A stretch of DNA of 64,000 nucleotides from Gemmatimonadota bacterium. GTDB taxonomy: Bacteria; Latescibacterota; UBA2968. Positions within the stretch are counted from its first letter, which is position 1, and each line of letters starts with the position of its first letter. The notes beneath the pieces were generated by a model. That model ran no database searches. It saw nothing but the letters and a program-made list of their open reading frames with translations, and had not been told where the DNA came from. This document shows positions 9,919 to 18,197 of this stretch, in pieces. Made by a program: the position numbers and the translations under genes. The stretch spans positions 14,833 through 78,832 of the forward strand of contig JAPPAB010000099.1 in assembly GCA_026705765.1 (NCBI GenBank). The letters run 5' to 3'.

Positions 9919-12810
9919 GTGAGTAAACATCCCGGAAAATCCTTCCCCATAACGCAGCATGTCACCGCGCTGATATGTTTTTTTTTGTCGGGTTTTGCCG
10001 GGCTGGTTTACGAAGTTGTCTGGATACGGCAGGCCGCGCTTTTGTTTGGGTCAACGACGTTTGCGGTGAGCGCGGTTTTGGCTGTTTTTTTTCTGGGTCT
10101 GGCCATTGGTGCGTATCTTTTCGGGCGCATTGGTCAACGGACTTCCCGACCGCTTATTCTTTTTGGATATGTCGAGATTGGTCTGGGTGTTCTGGCTCTG
10201 ATCAGTCCCTATGTTTTTGATTTTGCAGATTTTCTCTATGGCATCGCGTATAGACTGTTGAGCGATGCTCCTTTCCTGCGGTTTACTACCCGTCTTCTTC
10301 TGGTTGCGCTCGTCGTCCTGCCGCCTACTGTTCTGATGGGCGGTACGCTTCCTCTTTTTTGTCGTCAGTATTCGCGCGATAGCGGTAGAATTGCACGCGC
10401 TGTTGGTCTTCTTTACGGTGTCAATACGCTTGGGGCCGCATTGGGTTGTGCGGCTGCGGGTTTTGTTTTTTTGCCGGATCTGGGTCTGCGCGGTGCGATT
10501 TATATTGGTGTGGTGTGCAATATTTTGAGTGGTGTTGTTGTTCGCGCGCTGTCCATTGCCCGGGAGGATGTGTTTCCCGATTCGGGAGCGTCCCGTGGTG
10601 TGAGTGGCGGACTTCCGCGGAGCAGGGTTGTATTTGTTCTGTTTTTTGCGATTGGTTTTGTGGCTCTGGGCGCAGAGGTGCTGTGGGTGCGGTATCTGGG
10701 GCTTCTGATCAATAATACGGTTTATACTTATACGCTGACGCTGGGCGTTGTGCTGGTTGGGCTGGTTCTGGGGAGTGTTCTCGCTGCTCAGTTTTCGGAT
10801 AGGACGGATAGACGGGCGTATTATTTTGGCGCGTTTCAGGTTGCGACGGGTCTCATTGTGCTGGCTCTTTTGATGCTTTCGCCCGGGGCATGGCGAGGAT
10901 TGGGCAGTGATTTGTATATTTACTTTGCGGTGCTTTTGCCCCCTGCTGTGTTGAGTGGTGCGGCTTTTCCGCTTGCGATTCGGCTGGTGATTCGCAATGC
11001 GGCATATACGTCCGGGGTGGCTGGGAATCTGATTGCGGTGAATACGCTTGGGGGTATTCTCGGGTCTCTTTTGATTGGTTTTGTGGGGATTCCCTTTTTT
11101 GGTCTTGAGAAGAGTTTGTTTTTTATTACGGGTGCGAATCTCGCCATTGGCATTTCTGCGTGGTTTTTGCTGGATCAAAGATATCGCGTGTTCAAATATG
11201 CGGCTGCGCTGGTTGCTGTTCTGGTTTATCTGGGGATTCCGTATTTTTCGCAGACGCGGGTGCCTGCGGATTTTATCGGTGAGGGACGGGATCTGGTGGC
11301 GTTTCGAGAGGGTTATGGCGCGAATATGGCGGTTGTGCGGCGGGAGGATGATCTGGAGCTTGAGATCGATCGCTGGTGGCAGGGTGGGAGTAAGAAGAAT
11401 CATCAGATTATGGCGGCGCATGTGCCGATGCTTTTGCATCCGGATCCGAAACGGGTCGTTGTTGTGGGTGCTGGTACGGGGCAGACGGTTAGTCGTTTTT
11501 TGATGTATCCCATCGATTATCTGGCGTGTGTGGATATCGAGCCTGCGCTTTTTCCTTTTATTCGGGAATATTTTGAGACGGATTGGATGGGGGATTCGCG
11601 CGTGGAGATTATCGCTGAAGATGGGCGCAATTTTCTGCGTCATACTGCGGCGTCTTATGATATTATTTCGCTTGAGCTTGGCGAGGTGTCCCGTCCGGGT
11701 GTGGCGTTTTTTTATACGGTTGATTTCTATGCGCGTGCCCGAGAGCGCCTGAGGCCAGGTGGGTTTTTGGTGCAGTTTGTGCCGCTGCGCTTTCTGACGG
11801 AGGACCAGTTCCGCGGTGTTGTGCGCAGTTTTTTGACGGTTTTTCCGCAGAGTGTTTTGTGGTATAATACGTCTGAGCTTTTGCTTATTGGTGCGGTGGA
11901 TGATGTTTTTAATATTGCTGAGGGGAAATTGTTGGGTGTGGATGAGGCGGTGCAGGCGGATCTTCAATATAGCCACTGGGGCGGGGTGGCGTATTCTCTC
12001 AATCAGCCGCACGTTTTTTGGGGTGGTTATTTGATGGGGGCGGAGGGTCTGGCTTCTGCGACGGTTGAGGCAGATACGTATTGGGATGACCGACCGATTC
12101 TGGACTATGAGTCGGTTCAGAATGCGGAGAGCGATGAGCTTGCGTTTGCGGAGTTGCTGTATAAATATCGGGATTCTATTGATGTGTTGATGCCGGGTGA
12201 GGTGGATGCGCGTATTGCAGAGGTTCAAAATAAAAATTTGAGGGAGATCGCTGCGCGCGTTTTTGTTCGCGAGGCGTCGGATTTGATTCCCGCGCGAGAA
12301 CACAGACGTATTGCAACGCTTTGTGCCGAGGCGATTCGCCGGCTTCCCGAGTATGTGGATGCGCATCGCATGTTTGCGGATGCGATGATGCAACTGGGGC
12401 GTTTACAGGATGCGGAGAGACACTATGCGCGGGTTTTGGAACTCGATCCGACAGATGCACGCGCGCTGAATGGTCGCGCTGTGGCGTTTCACCGCGCGGG
12501 ACGGCTTGTGGAGGCGGTTCGTTCCTATGAGGATGCGATTCGCTACCATCCGGACAATGCGCTGTCGCAAAATGGTATTGCTATGGCGCTTCACAGGCTG
12601 GGGCGCTTTGATGAAGCGATTCAACACTACAAGGAGGCGATTCGCTTGCATCCGGATAGGCCCGATACGCATGCCGACCTGGGTACGGCGCTGGCACAGG
12701 CGGGGAGGTTGCGAGAGGCTGTTCCCTATTTGGAGAAGGCGCTCGCTCTTCGGCCGAATTTTACACGGGTGCAGCGGGTTCTTGAGCAGATACGCGAAGA
12801 ATTGAAGTGA
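9919..12810 (+). CDS. Fused MFS/spermidine synthase-like protein with C-terminal TPR repeats
   Basis: N-terminal polytopic membrane region, VVVVGAGTGQ SAM-MTase/spermine synthase motif, and 5-6 C-terminal TPR repeats. Confidence 0.7.
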   Translation: MSKHPGKSFPITQHVTALICFFLSGFAGLVYEVVWIRQAALLFGSTTFAVSAVLAVFFLGLAIGAYLFGRIGQRTSRPLILFGYVEIGLGVLALISPYVFDFADFLYGIAYRLLSDAPFLRFTTRLLLVALVVLPPTVLMGGTLPLFCRQYSRDSGRIARAVGLLYGVNTLGAALGCAAAGFVFLPDLGLRGAIYIGVVCNILSGVVVRALSIAREDVFPDSGASRGVSGGLPRSRVVFVLFFAIGFVALGAEVLWVRYLGLLINNTVYTYTLTLGVVLVGLVLGSVLAAQFSDRTDRRAYYFGAFQVATGLIVLALLMLSPGAWRGLGSDLYIYFAVLLPPAVLSGAAFPLAIRLVIRNAAYTSGVAGNLIAVNTLGGILGSLLIGFVGIPFFGLEKSLFFITGANLAIGISAWFLLDQRYRVFKYAAALVAVLVYLGIPYFSQTRVPADFIGEGRDLVAFREGYGANMAVVRREDDLELEIDRWWQGGSKKNHQIMAAHVPMLLHPDPKRVVVVGAGTGQTVSRFLMYPIDYLACVDIEPALFPFIREYFETDWMGDSRVEIIAEDGRNFLRHTAASYDIISLELGEVSRPGVAFFYTVDFYARARERLRPGGFLVQFVPLRFLTEDQFRGVVRSFLTVFPQSVLWYNTSELLLIGAVDDVFNIAEGKLLGVDEAVQADLQYSHWGGVAYSLNQPHVFWGGYLMGAEGLASATVEADTYWDDRPILDYESVQNAESDELAFAELLYKYRDSIDVLMPGEVDARIAEVQNKNLREIAARVFVREASDLIPAREHRRIATLCAEAIRRLPEYVDAHRMFADAMMQLGRLQDAERHYARVLELDPTDARALNGRAVAFHRAGRLVEAVRSYEDAIRYHPDNALSQNGIAMALHRLGRFDEAIQHYKEAIRLHPDRPDTHADLGTALAQAGRLREAVPYLEKALALRPNFTRVQRVLEQIREELK

Positions 12811-12832
12811 GGGCTAAAACAAGGAGGGTTCT

Positions 12833-13786
12833 ATGTCCAAATTTATCTGTTTTCTGTTCGTTGTTTTGGTGTTTCAGTCTGTTGATGCGCAGCAACCACA
12901 ACAGCCACAACAAAATCGACGTCAGCAACGCACAGTTACCGTGGAGCAAATTATGCAACAGGTACCCGAAGGTGTGACTTTTATTCCGGATATTGCGTAC
13001 CGCGAGGGCAACGAGGCATGGAAACTTGATCTCGCTATGCCCACAGAGCGCGGTGAGACGTCCCGTCCAGCCCTTGTGTTTATTCACGGAGGGGGATGGA
13101 GAGGTGGGGATAAACGCCGGGGAGGTTTTCTTCGTCCTACTATCAGCTATGCAGCAAAGGGCTATGTTTGTGTTACGGTGAACTATCGGATGCTCGATGA
13201 GGCACCTATTACGGCGTGTGTTGAGGATGTGAAGAATGCGGTGCGCTGGTTGCGCGCCCATGCCGAGGAGTACAATATTGATCCGGAACGGATTGGCGCG
13301 AGTGGAAATTCCGCGGGGGCGCATCTGGCTGTTATGCTGGGTGTTTGTCCGCCTTCAGCCGGTCTGGAAGGGGATGGTCCCTATCAGGAGTATTCCAGTA
13401 TGGTTCAGGCTGTTGTGGCGAGTGCTACGCCTACCGACTTTCTGTCTGCTATGAGTGACCGCCAGCGCAATCAGCAGCGAGCACGTCCGCCTCGCAAAAA
13501 CGAGCTTAGACTGGAGTCTGAAGAGGTTCGCGCTAAGACTTCTCCTGTGACTTATGCTTCGGCCAATGCACCGCCTATTTTGCTCGTTCACGCAATATCT
13601 GATCGCACGGTTGGCGTCTATCATTCGGACAAGTTGGTCAGGGCACTGCGAGAAGCCGGTGCCAAGAATGTCAGTTATATTCTTCTGGGCGATGAGAGTG
13701 GACACGGTGCTTTTCAGCGCAATATCGCGTTTACCGAGCCTGCCCGTGAAGCTTTTTTTAATCGCGTGTTAAAGCCGGGAAATTGA
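12833..13786 (+). CDS. Secreted alpha/beta-hydrolase carbohydrate esterase (BD-FAE-like)
   Basis: Signal peptide, HGGGW oxyanion motif, GNSAGAH nucleophile elbow. Confidence 0.7.
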   Translation: MSKFICFLFVVLVFQSVDAQQPQQPQQNRRQQRTVTVEQIMQQVPEGVTFIPDIAYREGNEAWKLDLAMPTERGETSRPALVFIHGGGWRGGDKRRGGFLRPTISYAAKGYVCVTVNYRMLDEAPITACVEDVKNAVRWLRAHAEEYNIDPERIGASGNSAGAHLAVMLGVCPPSAGLEGDGPYQEYSSMVQAVVASATPTDFLSAMSDRQRNQQRARPPRKNELRLESEEVRAKTSPVTYASANAPPILLVHAISDRTVGVYHSDKLVRALREAGAKNVSYILLGDESGHGAFQRNIAFTEPAREAFFNRVLKPGN

Positions 13787-13787
13787 G

Positions 13788-15104
13788 ATGAAGTCTTTGT
13801 CTGAACTTGAAGAGCGGATGGCTGAGGCGCAGCCGGGTGATGTGATTGGGCTGGCCGACGGCATGTATGATGGTGAGAGGTGCAGGCTCGCGGCAAGGGG
13901 GACCGCAGATCAGCCGATTGTTATTCGGGCGGAGGGTATGGGAAAGGCGGTTATAAAGGCGCCGTTGTTGCTGGTGGGAGATTATATCAGTCTTGTGGGG
14001 TTGCACTTTGTGGAAAAGGGGAGTGTGGAGATTCGGGGGCGGGGTTGTCGCATAAGTCGCTGTGTGATGACGGATGTGCAGGTTGGCAAGTGGATACGGG
14101 TGAGGGCAGAGAGTCGGGAAGTTGAGATTGATCGCTGCCGGTTTGAGAATAAGACCAATAATCTCGAGGAGACGCGCGGCTGCCAGTTGATGCAGATTTA
14201 CGTTCGCAATCAGGGCGAGAGGCACCTTGTTCACCACAATTATTTTGTCGATGTTCCGGATGGTAAGGAGAGCAATGGGTACGAGACGCTTCAGCTTATT
14301 ACGGAGGGGAATCCGTACGATCCAGAGCCGGGTGATTGTGAGACGGTTGTTGAGTACAATCTTTTTGTGCGTTGTAGTGGGGAGGCGGAGATTATTTCTG
14401 TGAAGTCCAATGGCAATATTCTCCGCAGGAATACGTTTCGCGATTGCCGGGGCGCGCTGGTGCTTCGGCATGGGGATGGCAATGTGGTGTCTGAGAATTT
14501 CTTTTTTGGCGAGGGCGAACGCCGGGCTGGCGGTGTGCGCTTGCAGGGGACGGATCAGGTTGTTGTGAATAATTTGTTCCATTCGCTCAATGCGTTTGGC
14601 GTGGGGATGATGGATGGGGCATCGGATGATCTCTATGTGCGGGTGGAGCGCGCGCTGATTGCGTTTAATACGTTTGTGGGGTGTAGTCCGGCGATGGATG
14701 TGGGGCTAAATCACAGCAGGTATCCCAATGGTACAGTGCCTAAAGATTGTGTGGTTGCGAATAATGCTTTTGTGAGATCCGATGGGACTGTGCGGCTGGT
14801 GCAGGACGATGAGCCAGTGAATTGGCGATGGGAGGGGAATGTGACAGATGGGGATTTGGGTATGCCCGATCGGGATGGGATAAAAACTGGGCGGGTCGAT
14901 GTGGATTATCTGCCCAATGGGGTTGTTGCACCGGGAGAGTCCAGTGGTTTGATTGGCAATGCCGAGGGGCATTATCCAGAGATAACGACGGATATTTTGG
15001 GGCATTCACGGGGCGAACAAAAGACGATTGGTTGCGTTGAGTTCCCGACGGGAACGGAGGACGGCGGTCCCTTAACTGCGGCAGATGTGGGACCAAGGTG
15101 GTAG
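13788..15104 (+). CDS. Right-handed parallel beta-helix polysaccharide lyase (PL6/chondroitinase-B-like)
   Basis: Repeated beta-helix rungs with NNxF/NNLFH motifs; start codon abuts the esterase stop. Confidence 0.5.
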   Translation: MKSLSELEERMAEAQPGDVIGLADGMYDGERCRLAARGTADQPIVIRAEGMGKAVIKAPLLLVGDYISLVGLHFVEKGSVEIRGRGCRISRCVMTDVQVGKWIRVRAESREVEIDRCRFENKTNNLEETRGCQLMQIYVRNQGERHLVHHNYFVDVPDGKESNGYETLQLITEGNPYDPEPGDCETVVEYNLFVRCSGEAEIISVKSNGNILRRNTFRDCRGALVLRHGDGNVVSENFFFGEGERRAGGVRLQGTDQVVVNNLFHSLNAFGVGMMDGASDDLYVRVERALIAFNTFVGCSPAMDVGLNHSRYPNGTVPKDCVVANNAFVRSDGTVRLVQDDEPVNWRWEGNVTDGDLGMPDRDGIKTGRVDVDYLPNGVVAPGESSGLIGNAEGHYPEITTDILGHSRGEQKTIGCVEFPTGTEDGGPLTAADVGPRW

Positions 15105-15106
15105 CA

Positions 15107-15439
15107 TCAATCAATAGAAACAACGAGGTTCAAGTTTTCTTTTCTTAGCGTGTCCTGCAAGGCAAGCTGCACCCAGAAGCTTTCTGGCTCGCCGAGTTGT
15201 CTGGCAATTTTGGCTGCCCTGCTGGGGCTTGGGATTCTTCTTTCTTTTTCTATATCACAAAGGCTTTGAGGGGAGATTCCCAAAAAATCAGCAAACGCTC
15301 GCTGGCTTTTTTCTTCTCCTGTTCGATAGCTGGCCAAGGCATTTCCAAATGTGAGACACCCAAAGTCTCTCTCCAGTTCAGAAGTTCCATATTGTTCTTT
15401 AGTAATCATGTTTATTGATCTCCTTAATTCCCAAATCAT
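15107..15439 (-). CDS. XRE-family helix-turn-helix transcriptional regulator
   Basis: HTH_3-like segment QRAFADFLGISPQSLCDIEKERRIPS. Sits at the edge of the low-GC islet, divergent from repeat copy A. Confidence 0.65.
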   Translation of the reverse strand: MIWELRRSINMITKEQYGTSELERDFGCLTFGNALASYRTGEEKSQRAFADFLGISPQSLCDIEKERRIPSPSRAAKIARQLGEPESFWVQLALQDTLRKENLNLVVSID

Positions 15440-15472
15440 ACGTCAAAATGACGTATGCAGCAAGTTCAACCT

Positions 15473-15527
15473 GCCTTGATATGTTTTGAAATGCGATTGA
15501 CAATATCGCGTTGTTGCTACATTTTTT
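15473..15527 (+). promoter_or_regulatory. Repeat copy A of a promoter/operator-like element (TTGACA 15497-15502, TACATT 15518-15523)
   Basis: gccttgatatgttttgaaatgcgATTGACAAtatcgcgttgttgcTACATT. Nearly identical to copy D and related to copies B and C. Confidence 0.5.
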
Positions 15528-15734
15528 ATCGGATAGTATGGATATAGTGAGAGATAGCGCAATACGATGATGCCCTGCATATCGCTTTGGCTTCGGTTGC
15601 AGAAGTCGATGTGTTGGTTAGCTGGAACTTCAAGCACATCGTACACTTTGACAAAATACGTCTATTCACCGCTGTGAACATTGAACTTGGCTATAAACCA
15701 TTACAGATATACTCTCCGCGTGAGGTGACTAATT

Positions 15735-15911
15735 ATGGAGACGAAAAAGACGTTTGATGCGGTTAAGATTGTGCGTCGGATTCGAGACGCGCACTATGAG
15801 CAACTCAAGGATAGAACGGTAAAAGAGCAATTGGCATTTTACCAAAGCAAGTCTCAGGCATTGCGTAACGACTTAAAAAAGAAATTGCAAGAGCATTATG
15901 ACGACGAATGA
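15735..15911 (+). CDS. Small hypothetical protein (58 aa), paralogue of the 62-aa ORF at 16943
   Basis: SD GAGGTGA 8 nt upstream of the ATG. Shares a VRxxRDxHxxQ core with the 62-aa protein. Below the 60-aa ORF-track cutoff. Confidence 0.5.
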   Translation: METKKTFDAVKIVRRIRDAHYEQLKDRTVKEQLAFYQSKSQALRNDLKKKLQEHYDDE

Positions 15912-16042
15912 TCCCATTGTTTCGGAAGTCCGAAAAGAGATGTGGCATAAATTTGGTCAAAAGGATTAGGCATAATTCAATATAGAAAAGGAGAGGAATC
16001 TCGATCTACTTTGATACCCATATTGTGGTGTGGTTATATGCT

Positions 16043-16090
16043 GGTCAAACCGAAATGCGGTTGACAAAATCGTGTCGTTACTACACTTTT
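16043..16090 (+). promoter_or_regulatory. Repeat copy B of the promoter/operator-like element (TTGACA 16061-16066, TACACT 16082-16087)
   Basis: gaaatgcgGTTGACAAaatcgtgtcgttacTACACTtttt upstream of the UPF0175 gene. Confidence 0.45.
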
Positions 16091-16132
16091 TCTTTCTAAG
16101 CGTAATTCAAATATGGATGAAACGGGGCGCGC

Positions 16133-16393
16133 ATGTTAAAAATTACATTTGAATGTCCAGATGATATTCTGCAGATCCTCAGTGAAACGCCTGAACAATT
16201 CGCCGAACAAGGCCGCATGCTCATCGCCGTCAAACTGTTTGAACTCGGACGTTTGTCATCGGGTCAGGCGGCTCGGTTTGCGGGCATGGAGCACGTTGTA
16301 TTTTTAGATGCCTTAAAATCCTACCAGGTATCTCCTCTCAATCTGACTCCAGAAGAATTGGCAAAGGATATTTCCAATGCTAGGAATCTGTAA
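16133..16393 (+). CDS. UPF0175 family protein (putative antitoxin)
   Basis: 86 aa with GRLSSGQAARFAGMEHVVFLDALKSY, matching the UPF0175 core. Classic partner of DUF3368/PIN-like proteins. Confidence 0.6.
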   Translation: MLKITFECPDDILQILSETPEQFAEQGRMLIAVKLFELGRLSSGQAARFAGMEHVVFLDALKSYQVSPLNLTPEELAKDISNARNL

Positions 16394-16467
16394 TGTCGAT
16401 GCGTTCCACAACCCTATTTCTACTGAATTGACCAACTGGCCTTGTTACATTGGATACGCCTCTTATT

Positions 16468-16956
16468 ATGAAACCAAAGGTATATATCGAAACCACCGTT
16501 ATTAGCTACTTGACAGCCCAACCTTCTCGCGATGTCGTAATTGCGGGACATCAACAGAGTACTCGAGATTGGTGGAAGAACGCAGCTGATCGGTTCGAAC
16601 TCGTAGCTTCACAACTGGTCCTTACCGAAGCCAGTGCTGGCGATCCGGAAGCTGCTCGTGCCCGCCTCGCAGCACTCAACTCACTGACGCTTCTCGACGC
16701 CACAGAGGAAGCCCTTGAATTAGCACAACAATTGGTCAACGCTGGCGTTGTGCCTGCAAAGGCAGCAGAAGACGCCGCTCATATTGCCATTGCAGTTGTC
16801 AACGGTATCGAATATTTGGTAACTTGGAATTATCGGCATATCGCCAATGCGACGATCCGATCACAAATCGAAACTGTATGTCGGAATGCGGGATTTGAAC
16901 CCGCGATCATCTGCACACCTGACGAACTCATGGAGCGTGATCATGACGACGAATGA
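16468..16956 (+). CDS. PIN-like (DUF3368/VapC-like) putative toxin
   Basis: N-terminal VYIETTVISYL, internal LTEASAGD, AAHIAIA, and C-terminal LVTWNYRHIAN resembling the VapC LxTRNxxDF motif. ATG at 16468 preferred over TTG at 16450. Confidence 0.5.
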   Translation: MKPKVYIETTVISYLTAQPSRDVVIAGHQQSTRDWWKNAADRFELVASQLVLTEASAGDPEAARARLAALNSLTLLDATEEALELAQQLVNAGVVPAKAAEDAAHIAIAVVNGIEYLVTWNYRHIANATIRSQIETVCRNAGFEPAIICTPDELMERDHDDE

Positions 16957-17131
16957 TCCCATTGTTTCGGAAGTCCGAGCAGTACGCGACAAACACGCTG
17001 CTCAATTCGGCTACGATCTCAAAGAGATATTCCGCGATATTAAGAAAAAACAAAAATCATCTGGTCGTAAATACGTGCAGTATCCTTCCCGTGCGGCTGT
17101 TGTAACAACTGTCACAACTTCAGACCAGTAG
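16943..17131 (+). CDS. Small hypothetical protein (62 aa), translationally coupled to the PIN-like gene
   Basis: ATGACGACGAATGA start/stop overlap with the upstream gene. Its first 12 codons are duplicated at 15899. Confidence 0.5.
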   Translation: MTTNDPIVSEVRAVRDKHAAQFGYDLKEIFRDIKKKQKSSGRKYVQYPSRAAVVTTVTTSDQ

Positions 17132-17147
17132 CTATAAAGGCAATATC

Positions 17148-17711
17148 ATGACAACGGTTTTTATTGGCGGTTCTCGTAGCATCACACGCTTGAACGACAC
17201 CATCAGGTCCACAGCGGATAACATCACGCGTCAGCATTTTGATATCGTTATCGGAGATGCAAATGGTGCTGATAAGGCTGTACAGAGCTATTTAGCAGAA
17301 AAAGCATATCGGAATGTTATCGTCTATTGTATGGATGATCACTGTCGGAACAACGTGGGAAGTTGGCCAGTAGAACAGATATATGCAGATAATCAGGTAA
17401 GGGACTTTGCATACTACACAACTAAGGATGCAAAGATGGCTCAAGTAGCGTCCTATGGCTTCATGATTTGGGATGGAAAGAGTAAGGGAACTTTGAACAA
17501 TATTCTCAACTTATTGCAGCTACAGAAGAATATCCTGGTTTATTTTTCGCCCGATAAGTCTTGTTATAAGCTCAAATCACTCAACGATCTTGATACACTC
17601 TTAGAAAAATGTAGCAGCGATATGATAGAAAAGTTCGAAAAGGAGTTCTCACTACTGGTCCCAGCGAGTTTAGAAGGTTCGAATTTTGAGATCGCATTTC
17701 CTGAAAGATAG
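17148..17711 (+). CDS. Stand-alone SLOG-domain protein (DprA/Smf- and LOG-like Rossmann fold)
   Basis: FIGGSRSI and VIGDANGADKAV resemble the DprA GSR...sGlA.GiD motif. MIWDGKSKGTLNNI resembles the LOG PGGxGTxxE motif. Local GC is low. Confidence 0.5.
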   Translation: MTTVFIGGSRSITRLNDTIRSTADNITRQHFDIVIGDANGADKAVQSYLAEKAYRNVIVYCMDDHCRNNVGSWPVEQIYADNQVRDFAYYTTKDAKMAQVASYGFMIWDGKSKGTLNNILNLLQLQKNILVYFSPDKSCYKLKSLNDLDTLLEKCSSDMIEKFEKEFSLLVPASLEGSNFEIAFPER

Positions 17712-17746
17712 GAACATGCCTTAATATGTTTTGAGATGTGGTTGAC

Positions 17747-17790
17747 AAAAGCGTACGTGTTAAACATTGACAAGTACGCTTTTTTGTTTT
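17747..17790 (+). terminator. Rho-independent terminator-like hairpin embedded in repeat copy C (TTGACA 17742-17747)
   Basis: AAAAGCGTAC-(17 nt loop containing TTGACAA)-GTACGCTTTT followed by TTGTTTTC. Lies 36 nt after the SLOG gene stop. Confidence 0.5.
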
Positions 17791-18112
17791 CTTTGACTTT
17801 CACAAGGTTATTGTGAAGTGGTCTATTTGCTTGGTTTTCCGATGAAGCAGTGCACAGCGCGTGAGTCCGTCTCGCAGCGGATGTTTTTATGGCATTTCAA
17901 CTGTGCAGGCCATTGTATAGCGCATTACCACAGAAACGATTTGCGCTGTGCCAGCCCCTCGGCGTTTGAGAGCGGCATTTTTTGCCTACTTTTTTTTGCT
18001 GTTGAAAAAAAGTAGGTCGCCGAAGGCATAAAAAGGAAAATATTTAAAAAGCTTTATACGTCGTTACACCACCACAAATGAATTATGCATATCCCTGAAA
18101 TAAGTATCCTCA

Positions 18113-18165
18113 AAAACCGAATTGCGGTTGACAATCTCGCGTTGTTGCTACATTGTTTATTTTTG
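18113..18165 (+). promoter_or_regulatory. Repeat copy D of the promoter/operator-like element (TTGACA 18127-18132, TACATT 18149-18154)
   Basis: gcgGTTGACAATctcgcgttgttgcTACATT. A 27-nt block is almost identical to copy A. Lies about 45 nt upstream of the enolase-superfamily start. Confidence 0.5.
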
Positions 18166-18197
18166 AGGAGTATTCCAATACGAGAAAAGGAAAATAT

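Noticed and set aside
10051-12393. 780-aa ORF on the minus strand, antisense to the spermidine-synthase/TPR gene
   Set aside because: Low-complexity R/K/H/Q/N-rich translation typical of antisense frames in high-GC DNA. It is fully embedded in a well-supported sense gene. The same applies to 760..1404(-), 5565..6188(-), 8266..9000(-), 41389..42903(-), 46246..47151(-) and 34405..35121(-).
17818-18015. 65-aa ORF in the non-coding spacer after the SLOG gene
   Set aside because: Implausible Cys/His/Trp-rich translation, no RBS, and it spans hairpin structures; treated as non-coding.
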